Below, in pieces: positions 39,575 to 49,824 of a stretch of DNA of 64,000 nt (position 1 is the stretch's first letter; every line of letters starts with the position of its first letter). The stretch is from Bacteroidetes bacterium MED-G20 (GTDB taxonomy: Bacteria; Bacteroidota; Bacteroidia; Flavobacteriales_D; Parvicellaceae), in the NCBI GenBank assembly GCA_905181675.1, contig CAJIYZ010000035.1:12786-76785 (forward strand), in the 5' to 3' direction. The notes beneath the pieces are model-generated. The model ran no database searches and had not been told where the DNA came from. It worked only from the letters and a program-made list of their open reading frames with translations. A program made the position numbers and the translations under genes.

Positions 39575-41659
39575 TTAAGAGCTCTTGTATTGCTTAAGCC
39601 CTGTTCTTAACCATTTTAGAAAATCTTGTCTATTACCATGGTTGAGATAATCTGCAGAACCATTGGAGAGATCGTCTCCATTTTTATCTAACATTCTATA
39701 GTATGGCTGAGATAAAGATTTATAAGTTTTGGCTTGATAAGCACTCCATTTATCACCAATTGTGGTGACATTAATTATTTTACCAGGAGCAATTTCTTGT
39801 TCAGAATGTTGATCTTCAGGAAGTTCTCTTTTATCATCGACATAAAGTGAAATTATTACTACACTATCTCTTAATATGTTTATTACATCCTCTTCTCCCC
39901 AAACTTTTTCTTCCATCTTTCTGCAGTTAATACATGCGTGACCAGTAAAGTCTAAAAATGTAGGCTTATTGACACTTTTAGCATATGCCAAACCTTCATC
40001 TAAATCATGAAATACAGGTAGTCCTTGTGGACCCGAATGGGTGTTTTCATTAGTGTTTTTTGAATAGTTATCATTTGAAGAAAACCCAATTCCACTAGGA
40101 GATTCGCTGTAGCTCATAGGTGGAGGAAATCCGCTAATTAACTTTAAAGGAGCACCCCATAACCCAGGAATAAGATACATTACAAAAATCAAAACAGTTG
40201 TTGCTAGTAACGATCTAGAGACTGAAAGATATTTAATATCGCCATCATTTGGAAGCCTAATAAACCCAAATAAATATAAAGCAAGAACCAAAAATATCCC
40301 TATCCATATTGCTATGAATAATTCTCTTTCTAGAAAATGCCCTTGCATAACTAAATCTGCGTTGGAAAGAAATTTAAATGCCAATGCTAATTCTAAAAAT
40401 CCTAAAAATACTTTGACGGTATTTAACCAACCACCTGACTTTGGTAAAGAGTTTAACCAACCAGGAAATGCTGCAAATAGACCAAAAGGAAGAGCAAGTG
40501 CAAGAGAGAAACCAAACATTCCTACAAAAGGTCCAATTCCACCAACCGTTGCCGATTCAACAAGAAGGGTTCCAACAATAGGGCCGGTACAAGAAAAAGA
40601 CACTAGGGCAAGAGTAAATGCCATGAAAAATATTCCTAAAAATCCACCTTTACTTGAAGCAGAATCTGCTTTGGTAACCCATGTATTTGGAAGGTTTATA
40701 TCAAAAGCTCCTAGAAACGAAATTGCAAATACTATAAGTAGAAGAAAGAAAAATAAATTGAAGTAAATATTGGTTGACAAAGAGTTAAGAAAACTTGCGC
40801 CAAATACAGCAGTAATTATGGTTCCTAATAAAACATAAATAATTATAATACTCAAGCCATACAGTATTGCATTTCTAATCCCAGATGCTTTGTCTTGAGA
40901 TTGCTTAGTGAAAAAGCTAACAGTCATAGGCACCATTGGAAATACACATGGAGTGAAAAGGGCGGCAAGTCCGCTAAGAAAAGAGATTATAAAAATAAAA
41001 AATAACGATTTAGAATTAGATTTACTCTCGGTATTAGAACTTGTTTCAACTTCTGAAGTTTCTTGTTCAAGAACGACTTCTTTGGTTTCTTCTATATCAT
41101 CTTCCACCAAATCATTAGAGCTATTTTCTTGGGCCACTTCACTAGAATTGAAGTTTATTTCATTAAGGGTTTCAACATCACATCCTTTAATTTTCAATTC
41201 AAATGGCCCGTCATAAGGTGGTAAGCAATGGTTATCGTCACATGTTTGAAAAGTGAAAAACCCTTTTAGGATAAAATCTTTACCAGAGCTAACGTATATT
41301 TTTCTTGATATGGTAATTCTCCCCTCATGTAGGTACAAATCTTCTTTTGCTATATCATCGTAAACATGTTCAAAATTTGGTTCGTAGATAGTATCTTCGA
41401 TAACAAACATAGAAGATGTATCTAAATATAAATCTGTTGGAATTGAAAAACTCTCTAATGGAAGATTTGCACCGTTTATGTGCCATCCTTCTTCAATTTC
41501 TATATCTGCAATAATAGAAACTTCACAACCTTTCTGAACAGCAGTTATAGAGTGCTTTACTTTATCTTCAGGAAATTCAATTTCTTGAGAAAATAAATTA
41601 CCGCCGATTAGAAGGGTAAAGCAACAAAAAAATATGAAGTTTAAATTTTTAAAACTCAT
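39575..41659 (-). CDS. dsbD: Thiol:disulfide interchange protein DsbD (alpha domain, TM electron-transfer core, C-terminal thioredoxin)
   Basis: N-terminal domain with CDDNHC, then an acidic/Ser-rich linker. TM core with TPCVFPMVP and SFSCTGPIVG (the two conserved TM cysteines). C-terminal FLDFTGHACINCRKME thioredoxin motif. Confidence 0.85.
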   Translation of the reverse strand: MSFKNLNFIFFCCFTLLIGGNLFSQEIEFPEDKVKHSITAVQKGCEVSIIADIEIEEGWHINGANLPLESFSIPTDLYLDTSSMFVIEDTIYEPNFEHVYDDIAKEDLYLHEGRITISRKIYVSSGKDFILKGFFTFQTCDDNHCLPPYDGPFELKIKGCDVETLNEINFNSSEVAQENSSNDLVEDDIEETKEVVLEQETSEVETSSNTESKSNSKSLFFIFIISFLSGLAALFTPCVFPMVPMTVSFFTKQSQDKASGIRNAILYGLSIIIIYVLLGTIITAVFGASFLNSLSTNIYFNLFFFLLLIVFAISFLGAFDINLPNTWVTKADSASSKGGFLGIFFMAFTLALVSFSCTGPIVGTLLVESATVGGIGPFVGMFGFSLALALPFGLFAAFPGWLNSLPKSGGWLNTVKVFLGFLELALAFKFLSNADLVMQGHFLERELFIAIWIGIFLVLALYLFGFIRLPNDGDIKYLSVSRSLLATTVLIFVMYLIPGLWGAPLKLISGFPPPMSYSESPSGIGFSSNDNYSKNTNENTHSGPQGLPVFHDLDEGLAYAKSVNKPTFLDFTGHACINCRKMEEKVWGEEDVINILRDSVVIISLYVDDKRELPEDQHSEQEIAPGKIINVTTIGDKWSAYQAKTYKSLSQPYYRMLDKNGDDLSNGSADYLNHGNRQDFLKWLRTGLKQYKSS

Positions 41660-41672
41660 TTAAAATTTTTGG

Positions 41673-41680
41673 CAAATTTA
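41673..41680 (-). promoter_or_regulatory. Putative Bacteroidota -7 promoter box (TAnnTTTG)
   Basis: The minus strand reads TAAATTTG, 13 nt upstream of the dsbD ATG. Motif match only. Confidence 0.35.
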
Positions 41681-41774
41681 CAACGATATTCCTTGCAATC
41701 AAGAAATATTCGAATTATATATTTTTCATTTATACGTTGGCAATAGGAAAAGGTTGTACTCATTACTGTGATTT

Positions 41775-43085
41775 TTAATTTTCTTTATATTCAAACTTAT
41801 AATAGTTAGTAGAATTTTTCTCCACCTTATATTTATCACTTATTAAAACACCTACAATCCATACAATATCATTATTGGATACTAAAACATATATATTTTC
41901 TTTTTCTACAATTGATTTCTTAAAATCTATCAATATGTTGCTTACTTTTTTGCTTCCTTTCATTCCAAGAGGTTGAATTTTATCTCCTTTTTTCCATTTA
42001 CGTATTTTCAAGGGAAAATCTAGCTTTGAAAAATCAAAAAACTCTGTTTTATTATTAGACTTCTCAAAAGAAAAATTTTTGCAAATCTTCCCAATTAGCT
42101 TAATGGGAGTTTCTATGGTTTCATTTTTTTGGATATGAAATATTTTATCAATTTTACTATAATTCACCTTTTTTGATAACATCCAATTCCCTCTGTCTTT
42201 CGAAATACGATGTGTGGAACTTTCTATAAACTTTCCACTCTGAGAATCACTTTCTACCCAATTATTAATTTGCGAATAATTAAATCCAAATTTTTTAAAG
42301 AAATGGAACCAAGCTTTTTTTGGAACTGACGTCTTGAATTTAATAAGAGTATAATTTTTTGTTTCTTCCAATTGCGGTTGAATAATTTCATCTACTAGCT
42401 TATTAAGTAACGAATAATCAGCACTTAAAAAGTTTATAGAATTTGTCAACCCTTGTTCAAATTTTGGAAACTTGGTAATTAGAGTTTGAAACACCTCATT
42501 TCTTAAAAAATTCCTATCGTACTTAGTGGATGAATTACTGCTGTCAGTTCCATATTTAATCTGGTTTTCTTTAACATAAGCCAAAAGTTGATTTTTAGTA
42601 AACTGTAATAATGGTCTTAAAATTTTTGAATTTCTCTCGGGAATCCCTTTCAACCCACTTATGCCACTGCCTTTTAACGCATTAAAAAGAAAAGTTTCAT
42701 GATTGTCATTTTGATGGTGTGCAGTAAGTATATAATCCAATTTATTTTCATCTGCTAAATCATTGAAAAATTGGTATCTAACTTCTCTAGCTTCGTTCTG
42801 AAGGTTTTTAATTAGACTCATCTCAACTTGTTTGTAATAGAAATTCAAATTGTTGTCTAAACAATATTGTTTCACAATTAAGCCATCTCTTACACTTTCT
42901 TCTTTTCTCAATTGGTAATTCACATGAGCTACTGAAATATCTAAGCCAGCTTTTAAACCAATATCTAATAATGCCATTGAGTCACTACCACCTGAAACCC
43001 CAATTAAAAACCTACTATTAATTTTAATTTCCTGCTCCCTGAAAAAAGCTAAAAACTCTTTATTAATATTGTTGATTATTGACAT
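41775..43085 (-). CDS. tilS: tRNA(Ile)-lysidine synthase
   Basis: PP-loop LIGVSGGSDSMAL, TAHHQNDNHETFLFN, and a C-terminal domain with KKV...W.V. Confidence 0.88.
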   Translation of the reverse strand: MSIINNINKEFLAFFREQEIKINSRFLIGVSGGSDSMALLDIGLKAGLDISVAHVNYQLRKEESVRDGLIVKQYCLDNNLNFYYKQVEMSLIKNLQNEAREVRYQFFNDLADENKLDYILTAHHQNDNHETFLFNALKGSGISGLKGIPERNSKILRPLLQFTKNQLLAYVKENQIKYGTDSSNSSTKYDRNFLRNEVFQTLITKFPKFEQGLTNSINFLSADYSLLNKLVDEIIQPQLEETKNYTLIKFKTSVPKKAWFHFFKKFGFNYSQINNWVESDSQSGKFIESSTHRISKDRGNWMLSKKVNYSKIDKIFHIQKNETIETPIKLIGKICKNFSFEKSNNKTEFFDFSKLDFPLKIRKWKKGDKIQPLGMKGSKKVSNILIDFKKSIVEKENIYVLVSNNDIVWIVGVLISDKYKVEKNSTNYYKFEYKEN

Positions 43086-44179
43086 GCTTTAAATAGTGCT
43101 TCTGCTTTAATTAAGGTTTCTTGGTATTCTAAGTTGGGGTTGCTACCAATTGTAATTGCACCTCCCACATGAAAAGATAATAAATGATTTGCTTTGTTAT
43201 AGATAAGTGTTCGAATTATTACATTAAAATCAAAATCTCCGTTTGGGTGAATAATTCCAAAAGAACCAGAGTATAATCCTCTTTTTGAAACTTCATATTC
43301 CTCCATTAGCTCCATTACTTTAATTTTTGGTGCTCCAGTCATGGATCCCATTGGAAAAGTGGCTTTTAAAATGTTAGAAATGCTTTCATTTTCGGAAACT
43401 TCACAAGAAATGGTGGATATCATTTGATGAATATTCTTAAATGTATAAACCTCTCTTAACTCTTCCACTTTAACAGACCCCTTAGTAGCTATTTTACTTA
43501 AATCATTTCTTACAAGGTCAACAATCATATTGTTTTCTGCTTGATCTTTTAAGCTTTCTTTTAATTGGTTTTTCAAAATCTGATCTTTTAAAGGATCCAA
43601 ATCTCTTTTCTGAGTTCCTTTAATAGGACTTGAATATAGCTTATTTCCTCTTTTTTTAATGAATAGTTCTGGGCTTGCTGAAATAACATAATGCTTTTGC
43701 AAATCTGCATAAAATCCATATGGAGGATTGGTTAAGTCCATTAAATTTTCGAAAATTAATTTGGAATTAAGATTATCAACTTTTGAAATCCATTGATAAC
43801 AATAGTTGGCTTCATAAAAGTCTCCTTTTTGTATATGTTCTTGAATTTTCAAAACATTTTCCAAGTACTCTTTTTTAGATACAGTAGATTGAAATAATAT
43901 TTTTTGACTTGATTTTTTTTCTTTTTCAAAAGAATAATTGCTATGAATTTCCTCAGGAACAAAACAATGAATATCTGGAAATATTACATCATCTTTATTT
44001 GTAGAAGTTAAGTTTTCTATATTGTTCTTTAAATCATAGGTGTAAAAACAGATTATATATTCTTTTTTATTATTACTAATAAAAAGCTCCAATTCCTTAA
44101 ATAATTTTGGATTTTCAATAGTAGAGCTCCAAGAAGCCTTAGATCCTTTATAAAGTGTATTGTCGAAAAAAACCTCCAA
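43076..44179 (-). CDS. pabB: Aminodeoxychorismate synthase component I / chorismate-binding enzyme
   Basis: SASPELF, SSPIKGT, ENNMIVDLVRND, FPMGSMTGAPK, RGLYSGSFG and GGAIT motifs of the chorismate-binding family. Shortened N-terminal domain. PabB versus TrpE is not resolvable by eye. Confidence 0.72.
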   Translation of the reverse strand: MEVFFDNTLYKGSKASWSSTIENPKLFKELELFISNNKKEYIICFYTYDLKNNIENLTSTNKDDVIFPDIHCFVPEEIHSNYSFEKEKKSSQKILFQSTVSKKEYLENVLKIQEHIQKGDFYEANYCYQWISKVDNLNSKLIFENLMDLTNPPYGFYADLQKHYVISASPELFIKKRGNKLYSSPIKGTQKRDLDPLKDQILKNQLKESLKDQAENNMIVDLVRNDLSKIATKGSVKVEELREVYTFKNIHQMISTISCEVSENESISNILKATFPMGSMTGAPKIKVMELMEEYEVSKRGLYSGSFGIIHPNGDFDFNVIIRTLIYNKANHLLSFHVGGAITIGSNPNLEYQETLIKAEALFKACQ

Positions 44180-44206
44180 AAATTAAATTTTAAGTAGATA
44201 AATCCA

Positions 44207-45235
44207 CTATAATTTTTCCTTAATAATATTGAAAAGGCCTTCAGCCCAATCGTCATTGTCATTAAGAGAAGGAACTAGTTGGATTTCTTTCCCTCCATGT
44301 TCCTCAAATAGCTCTAGGTATTCTTCTCCAATTTCTATGGTAGTTTCCAAACAATCTGCAACAAATGCAGGTGAAAAAACCAAAATTCTTTTTTTACCTT
44401 CTTTTCCAAGTTTTTCAATTACATGGTCTGTATATGGCTTTAGCCATGGGTCTCTTCCAAGTCTAGACTGAAAACATGTAGAGTAGGAACCCTCATTTAA
44501 TTCAAGTGCTTTTACCAGTAATCTTGTGGTGGCATAACAGGTTGCTTTATAGCAATTAGCATTTAAAGGGTTTATTTCATCTTCACAAGAATGATCTGCA
44601 CAAGGTTTGCCGTCTAAATAAACCTTGTCAACGTGTCTTTCAGGTATGCCATGATAGGAGAACATAACATGGTCGTATTGTGAAATATTAAATTCTTTTG
44701 CTCTATTGACAATACAGTTAATATAATTGGGGTTTTTGTAAAATTGCCCAATTACAGATATTTCCGGAATAACCCACCACTTATTGATAATTTTGAATGC
44801 TTTTTCAATAGTAGATCCTGAAGATGCGGAGGCATACTGAGGATACAAAGGGAAAATATAAATTTTATCATAATTTTCCATTCTCATCTTTCCTAAGACA
44901 TCTTCCATGCTTGGAGAACCATATCTCATGGCAAGTTCCACGTCAAATTCTTTGGAAGCAAGTTTTTTTAATTTGCTAGTTAGATTGTTCCCGTAGGTTA
45001 GTAAAGGAGATTTTCCACCTCCAATTTTAAATAATTTCTTGTATTCTTTGGCAGATTTTGGGGCTCTAAAAGGGACAATAATTAAGTTAACTAATAATAA
45101 TTGAGCAATTCTGCCAATATCAATTACTCTTGGGTCATTAAGGAATTCTCTTAAGTAAACCCTTACATCTTTAACCGAAGGGCTATTAGGAGTTCCTAAA
45201 TTTAATATCAAGACCCCAATTTTGTTTTTTGTCAT
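44207..45235 (-). CDS. hemH: Ferrochelatase
   Basis: IGVLILNLGTP, YPQYASASSGS, FSYHGIPE and SPAFVADCLETT..I. Confidence 0.92.
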   Translation of the reverse strand: MTKNKIGVLILNLGTPNSPSVKDVRVYLREFLNDPRVIDIGRIAQLLLVNLIIVPFRAPKSAKEYKKLFKIGGGKSPLLTYGNNLTSKLKKLASKEFDVELAMRYGSPSMEDVLGKMRMENYDKIYIFPLYPQYASASSGSTIEKAFKIINKWWVIPEISVIGQFYKNPNYINCIVNRAKEFNISQYDHVMFSYHGIPERHVDKVYLDGKPCADHSCEDEINPLNANCYKATCYATTRLLVKALELNEGSYSTCFQSRLGRDPWLKPYTDHVIEKLGKEGKKRILVFSPAFVADCLETTIEIGEEYLELFEEHGGKEIQLVPSLNDNDDWAEGLFNIIKEKL

Positions 45236-45236
45236 A

Positions 45237-46634
45237 TTAAATATGTAATGGTCTATTGTCTGTTGCTGCCAATGCAGCTTCTTTTACTGCTTCGCTATAT
45301 GTAGGATGAGGATGACAAATTCTAGCAATATCTTCAGCGCTTGCTCGATATTCCATTGCTACAACAGCTTCCATTATTAAGTCTGCAGCTCTCGGAGCAA
45401 TCATATGAACACCTAAAACTTCATCTGTAGATGCATCAGAAATGATTTTTATCAAACCCTGAATATCCATTGAGGCTCGTGCTCTACCAAGAGCTCGAAT
45501 CGGAAATTGACCAACTTTAAAATCTACGTTAGATTCTTTTAATTCTTGTTCTGTTTTTCCTACTGCAGCTACTTCTGGCCATGTATAAACTACACCAGGT
45601 ACTAAATTGTAATCTATATGAGGTTTTTGGTTGGCAATGAGTTCGGCAACAAAAACACCTTCTTCCTCTGCTTTGTGGGCAAGCATCGCTCCTTTAACTA
45701 CATCGCCAATGGCATAAACATTTTCTATCGAAGTTTGTAAATGATCGTTGGTAATTACTCTTCCAGCTTTATCAGTTTCTATACCTATTTTTTCTAATCC
45801 TAACTTGTCTGTATACGCTTTTCTTCCAACAGCTACCAGACAATAATCTCCTTCAACAGAAATAATTTCCCCTTTTTTGTTTTTCACATCTAACTGTACT
45901 CCGTCTTTGGTGGGATTTACTTTTTGGACAGCATGATTAAATAAAAACTTAAAGCCTTCTTTTTTTAGAATCTTCATAAGTTCTTTACCAAGGGTTTTAT
46001 CCATGGTTGGCAATAAACCATCCTGGAACTCAACAACTGTTACCTGAGAACCTAATCTGCTGTAAACAGAACCCAGTTCCAACCCAATAACTCCTCCTCC
46101 AATTACAATGAGATGCTTAGGAACTTCTTTTAATGAAAGTGCCTCTGTAGAGGTAATGATTCTTTTTCTATCAGGTTCCATTCCAGGGAAGTAGTTTGGT
46201 TTTGAACCAGTAGCAATGATAATATTTTTCCCAAATATTTTTTCGTTTTTTTCTCCCTTTATTGACACTGTATTTTTATCAATAAACGAACCCATTCCAT
46301 GGTAAACTTTAATTTTGTTTTTATCCATTAAATATTGAACACCATCGCAAGTTTGACTAATTACTTCCTCTTTTCTCAGCATCATTTTTGGAAGGTTTAC
46401 TTTCGGAGTATTAATATCTATTCCATGCTTATCAAAATCGTGAAGTGCAGTCTTAAAATGCTCACTGGAATCTAAAAGGGCTTTCGAGGGTATGCAACCA
46501 ACATTTAAACAAGTTCCTCCAAGAGTATTGTATTTTTCTACAAGAGCAGTTCTTAATCCTAGTTGAGCACATCTAATAGCTGACACATATCCTCCAGGTC
46601 CTGAACCTATAACAACAACATCGTATTTTTCCAT
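45237..46634 (-). CDS. lpdA: Dihydrolipoyl dehydrogenase (E3)
   Basis: VVVIGSGPGGYV, the redox disulfide GGTCLNVGCIPSK, and C-terminal HPHPTYSE. Confidence 0.92.
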   Translation of the reverse strand: MEKYDVVVIGSGPGGYVSAIRCAQLGLRTALVEKYNTLGGTCLNVGCIPSKALLDSSEHFKTALHDFDKHGIDINTPKVNLPKMMLRKEEVISQTCDGVQYLMDKNKIKVYHGMGSFIDKNTVSIKGEKNEKIFGKNIIIATGSKPNYFPGMEPDRKRIITSTEALSLKEVPKHLIVIGGGVIGLELGSVYSRLGSQVTVVEFQDGLLPTMDKTLGKELMKILKKEGFKFLFNHAVQKVNPTKDGVQLDVKNKKGEIISVEGDYCLVAVGRKAYTDKLGLEKIGIETDKAGRVITNDHLQTSIENVYAIGDVVKGAMLAHKAEEEGVFVAELIANQKPHIDYNLVPGVVYTWPEVAAVGKTEQELKESNVDFKVGQFPIRALGRARASMDIQGLIKIISDASTDEVLGVHMIAPRAADLIMEAVVAMEYRASAEDIARICHPHPTYSEAVKEAALAATDNRPLHI

Positions 46635-46675
46635 TCTAAATTATTTGAATACTAATTTAAACATAATGGTTAAAA

Positions 46676-47890
46676 TCAACCATTTGTTTTACCAAGATTA
46701 ATTTGAAAACTACACTTTTTAAAATAATAGTAATAAATAATTACTAGTTGTAGTATAATAGGCTTTACAAAAGAGTTAAATTCTTGTGTTAATGTAAACC
46801 AAAATAAAATAGTTGTAAAAATCAAAATCAACGACAATATTAAATACCAGTAAGTGAAATTACTCCAACTCCCTTTTATTAAGCAGTAAATTAAAATGAA
46901 GTGAAAAGGAGATGCCCATAGTAAATTAAAATTCATTTTTGTTGCATTGTGGTCAGTTCCTGCCCACATAAAGATTAAAAACAAACCTAATAACCCAATT
47001 ATAAATAGATTTAGAGAATTCCAAAAACTGAGTAATTTATCGACTTTAAAAACAATTAAAATAAGAGTTATTGCAAGTAATATCCAGCTATATAATCCTA
47101 TGCTGGTAAATTTATTTTTGTTTTTATATGGTTCGATTAAAGTATTTTTGGATTTAATCAGGTTTTTTTTAGCTTTATTATTTAGAACAAAGCTTTGGTC
47201 AAATATTTGCTCTACATTAAGGGGAAGAAACATAAGATTTTCATTATTTACCAATACATCTATTTTTTGTCCTAATACAAGATCAATTCCCAACTCTAGC
47301 CAAGGAAAATATTTCAAATATTGGTGGATTGTTTCTCTAAAAGTAAATTTATTAGAATTGGGAGATTTGTAAAAATTCAGATTTTCTTTAAATACTTTTT
47401 TTAAAATATCTCTTATCCTGGAAGAACAGTTGTCGTAAAAAAATTCATATTTATATTTTCTGTTCTCAGGCTTGTAGTTTTCATCTAGAAGGTGGATTAT
47501 TTGTAGTTTTTCTTCATTATTTAAATTTAAGATTTGCTCTCTAACTCCTCTTTTAGATCGGCGATACTCTACCATGAAATTAGACATTGATTGTATGCCC
47601 ATATAATATTTCAATCTGCCTTTTGCAAAATCATAACCAAATTGAAACTGACTTTCAGAGAATTCAAATAATCCCCAGTTCACTACTAAGTCGTGGCCGT
47701 TTTCAGGATTTTTTATTCTTAAAGCACTATGGCCAAAAAGAGAATATATTTCAGATCCTGGGTCACATGTAAGGACACTAATTTCTGTATAGTCAATATT
47801 TTCAGATAGATTTAAACTATTTGAAAATGCCCAAAAGGGACAAAAAACCAATAGAAAAGTTATTTTAAATATTGAAAACTTCGCTTGCAT
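46676..47890 (-). CDS. DUF4105-like periplasmic domain plus C-terminal multi-TM membrane protein
   Basis: The signal peptide starts at MQAKFSIFKITFLLVF, so the ATG at 47890 is preferred over 47956. YSLFGHSALRI is typical of the Lnb/DUF4105 N-terminal domain as I recall it. About 4 TM helices at the C-terminus. Even the shorter start overlaps the tatD end by 26 nt. Confidence 0.6.
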   Translation of the reverse strand: MQAKFSIFKITFLLVFCPFWAFSNSLNLSENIDYTEISVLTCDPGSEIYSLFGHSALRIKNPENGHDLVVNWGLFEFSESQFQFGYDFAKGRLKYYMGIQSMSNFMVEYRRSKRGVREQILNLNNEEKLQIIHLLDENYKPENRKYKYEFFYDNCSSRIRDILKKVFKENLNFYKSPNSNKFTFRETIHQYLKYFPWLELGIDLVLGQKIDVLVNNENLMFLPLNVEQIFDQSFVLNNKAKKNLIKSKNTLIEPYKNKNKFTSIGLYSWILLAITLILIVFKVDKLLSFWNSLNLFIIGLLGLFLIFMWAGTDHNATKMNFNLLWASPFHFILIYCLIKGSWSNFTYWYLILSLILIFTTILFWFTLTQEFNSFVKPIILQLVIIYYYYFKKCSFQINLGKTNG

Positions 47891-48632
47891 TTTTTGTCGT
47901 GATTTTTCCAATTTCTTCGCTGCTAATTTCGTAAATATCTGAAAGTTTATTTGCAATTACAGGTATGTAACTACTTTTATTTCTAGTTCCTCTAAATGGA
48001 GTAGGTGTTAAGTATGGAGAATCTGTTTCTAAAACAATATTTTTAATATCAATTTGCTTAACTACTTTGTCAAGACCACTATTTTTAAAAGTAACTACTC
48101 CTCCAATCCCTAATTTGAATCCGCCATATTTTAATATTCTCTCTGCGTCTTGAAGAGAACTGGAGAAACAATGAAAAATACCATTTAAATTTTCATCATT
48201 CATCTCGTCTAAAACCTCAAATATTTCACTGTATGAGTCTCTTGCATGAATAACTATAGGAAGTTTAAATTCTTTGGCCCAGTTTATTTGCTCAATAAAA
48301 GCATTTCTTTGAATTTCTAAATTAGATTTATCCCAATATAAATCAATTCCAATTTCGCCAATTGCTACTGTATTTATGGATTTAATAATAGGTTTCAAAT
48401 AATCTAAATCATTTTTATAAGAATCTTTAACGTAACAAGGGTGCAATCCAACCATTGGAAAACAAATATTCTTGTAGTCTTTACATGTTTTTATAACTGC
48501 TGATATACTGCTTTTGTCAATATTTGGTAGAAGAAGTTTGTCAACTCCATTATCTAAACAATCTGAAATAATTTTTTTTCTATCATCATCGAAGTCGTTA
48601 AGGTAGATATGGGTGTGGGTGTCTATATACAT
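47865..48632 (-). CDS. tatD: TatD-family metal-dependent hydrolase
   Basis: MYIDTHTHI (HxH), IGEIGLD, VIHARD, GIFHCFS and ETDSPYL. Confidence 0.88.
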   Translation of the reverse strand: MYIDTHTHIYLNDFDDDRKKIISDCLDNGVDKLLLPNIDKSSISAVIKTCKDYKNICFPMVGLHPCYVKDSYKNDLDYLKPIIKSINTVAIGEIGIDLYWDKSNLEIQRNAFIEQINWAKEFKLPIVIHARDSYSEIFEVLDEMNDENLNGIFHCFSSSLQDAERILKYGGFKLGIGGVVTFKNSGLDKVVKQIDIKNIVLETDSPYLTPTPFRGTRNKSSYIPVIANKLSDIYEISSEEIGKITTKNASEVFNI

Positions 48633-48696
48633 TTCACTTTATATATTAATATTTTAAGTTTCAAACCATATTTTATATAAATTTCAAAAAAAAAGA

Positions 48697-49824
48697 TTGG
48701 TTAAAGATAGTTATAAGACAAAATATTTCAAGGAATTAAATTCATTAAGATTTATTGGTTTCGTTGGAGTTTTCTTTGGTCATGTATTCTTTAGCAATAG
48801 TCCAGAAATAATAAATTCTAATTTGTATGCAACTTTGTTTACTTATGGAAAGATTCTTGGTTTCATTTCAATTGACTCTTTTTTTGTTCTTTCAAGCTTT
48901 TTAATTACTTGGAAAGCTTTAGAAGAAATTAAATCCACCCATAATTTCCAGTTTAAAAATTTCTTAATAAGAAGATCTTTAAGAATTTGGCCTCTTTATT
49001 TTTTTATTGTTTTCATTGGTTTTTTAGTAGAATATTTAAAAGCTTATTATAATCTTGAGCACCAAACTTTACCTTCGTTTTGGAACTTTTTTTTATTTAT
49101 TTTAAATTACGATATCATTGAAAATGGTTATGATTTTTTATTTTTCATGGTATTTATGTGGTCAATTTCTGTAGAGGAACAATTTTATGTTTTTTGGGCT
49201 TTTACTATAAAATATTTTCATAAATATCTTTTTCTAATTTCTTTTTTAATTGTCATTATTTCACTTTTTTTCCGTTGTTATTTTATAAACGACACTAGGA
49301 GTTTAAACTTTCATACCCTTAGTGCATTTGGTAATTTTGGGATTGGTGCTTTAACAGCAATTGTTGCTTTTAAAGAAACACAGTTTTTAAATAAACTTAA
49401 AAACTTAAGCAGATATAAAATTTCATTGTCTTACTTATTTATTATTACTCTATTTATTTTAATGCCTTTTTTAGTAGAAAATGATTTTTTTATTGTCCTC
49501 CAAAGAGTTTTATTCTCTATTTTCTTTTCTTTTATCATTCTAGAACAAACCTATTGTGACAACTCAATTTTAAAAGTTTCTAGAATAAAATACTTTAACT
49601 TTTTTGGCAAGATATCTTATGGTCTTTATTGCTACCACGGAATCATGATAACTTTAGTTTTACAAGCGAGTGAATTTTTTAGTGAATCCTTGTTAAATAG
49701 CGTGGTTTTATATCCTATTGTGATTTTCACATCAACACTTCTATTTTCCTATTTAAGCTTTAGATTTTTTGAGTCTAAATTTTTGAAATTCAAGTCTAAA
49801 TTTACCTTTACTTTACCTAATTAG
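48697..49824 (+). CDS. Acyltransferase family 3 (OafA/YrhL-like) integral membrane O-acyltransferase
   Basis: LNSLRFIGFVGVFFGH at the N-terminus, WSISVEEQFY, and ~10 TM helices. TTG start, with no ATG upstream. Confidence 0.75.
   Translation: MVKDSYKTKYFKELNSLRFIGFVGVFFGHVFFSNSPEIINSNLYATLFTYGKILGFISIDSFFVLSSFLITWKALEEIKSTHNFQFKNFLIRRSLRIWPLYFFIVFIGFLVEYLKAYYNLEHQTLPSFWNFFLFILNYDIIENGYDFLFFMVFMWSISVEEQFYVFWAFTIKYFHKYLFLISFLIVIISLFFRCYFINDTRSLNFHTLSAFGNFGIGALTAIVAFKETQFLNKLKNLSRYKISLSYLFIITLFILMPFLVENDFFIVLQRVLFSIFFSFIILEQTYCDNSILKVSRIKYFNFFGKISYGLYCYHGIMITLVLQASEFFSESLLNSVVLYPIVIFTSTLLFSYLSFRFFESKFLKFKSKFTFTLPN

Noticed and set aside
40314-40766. 150-aa plus-strand ORF inside dsbD
   Set aside because: It is antisense to the conserved TM core of DsbD. 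The N/K/P/R-rich translation lacks any domain signature and is a typical shadow ORF.
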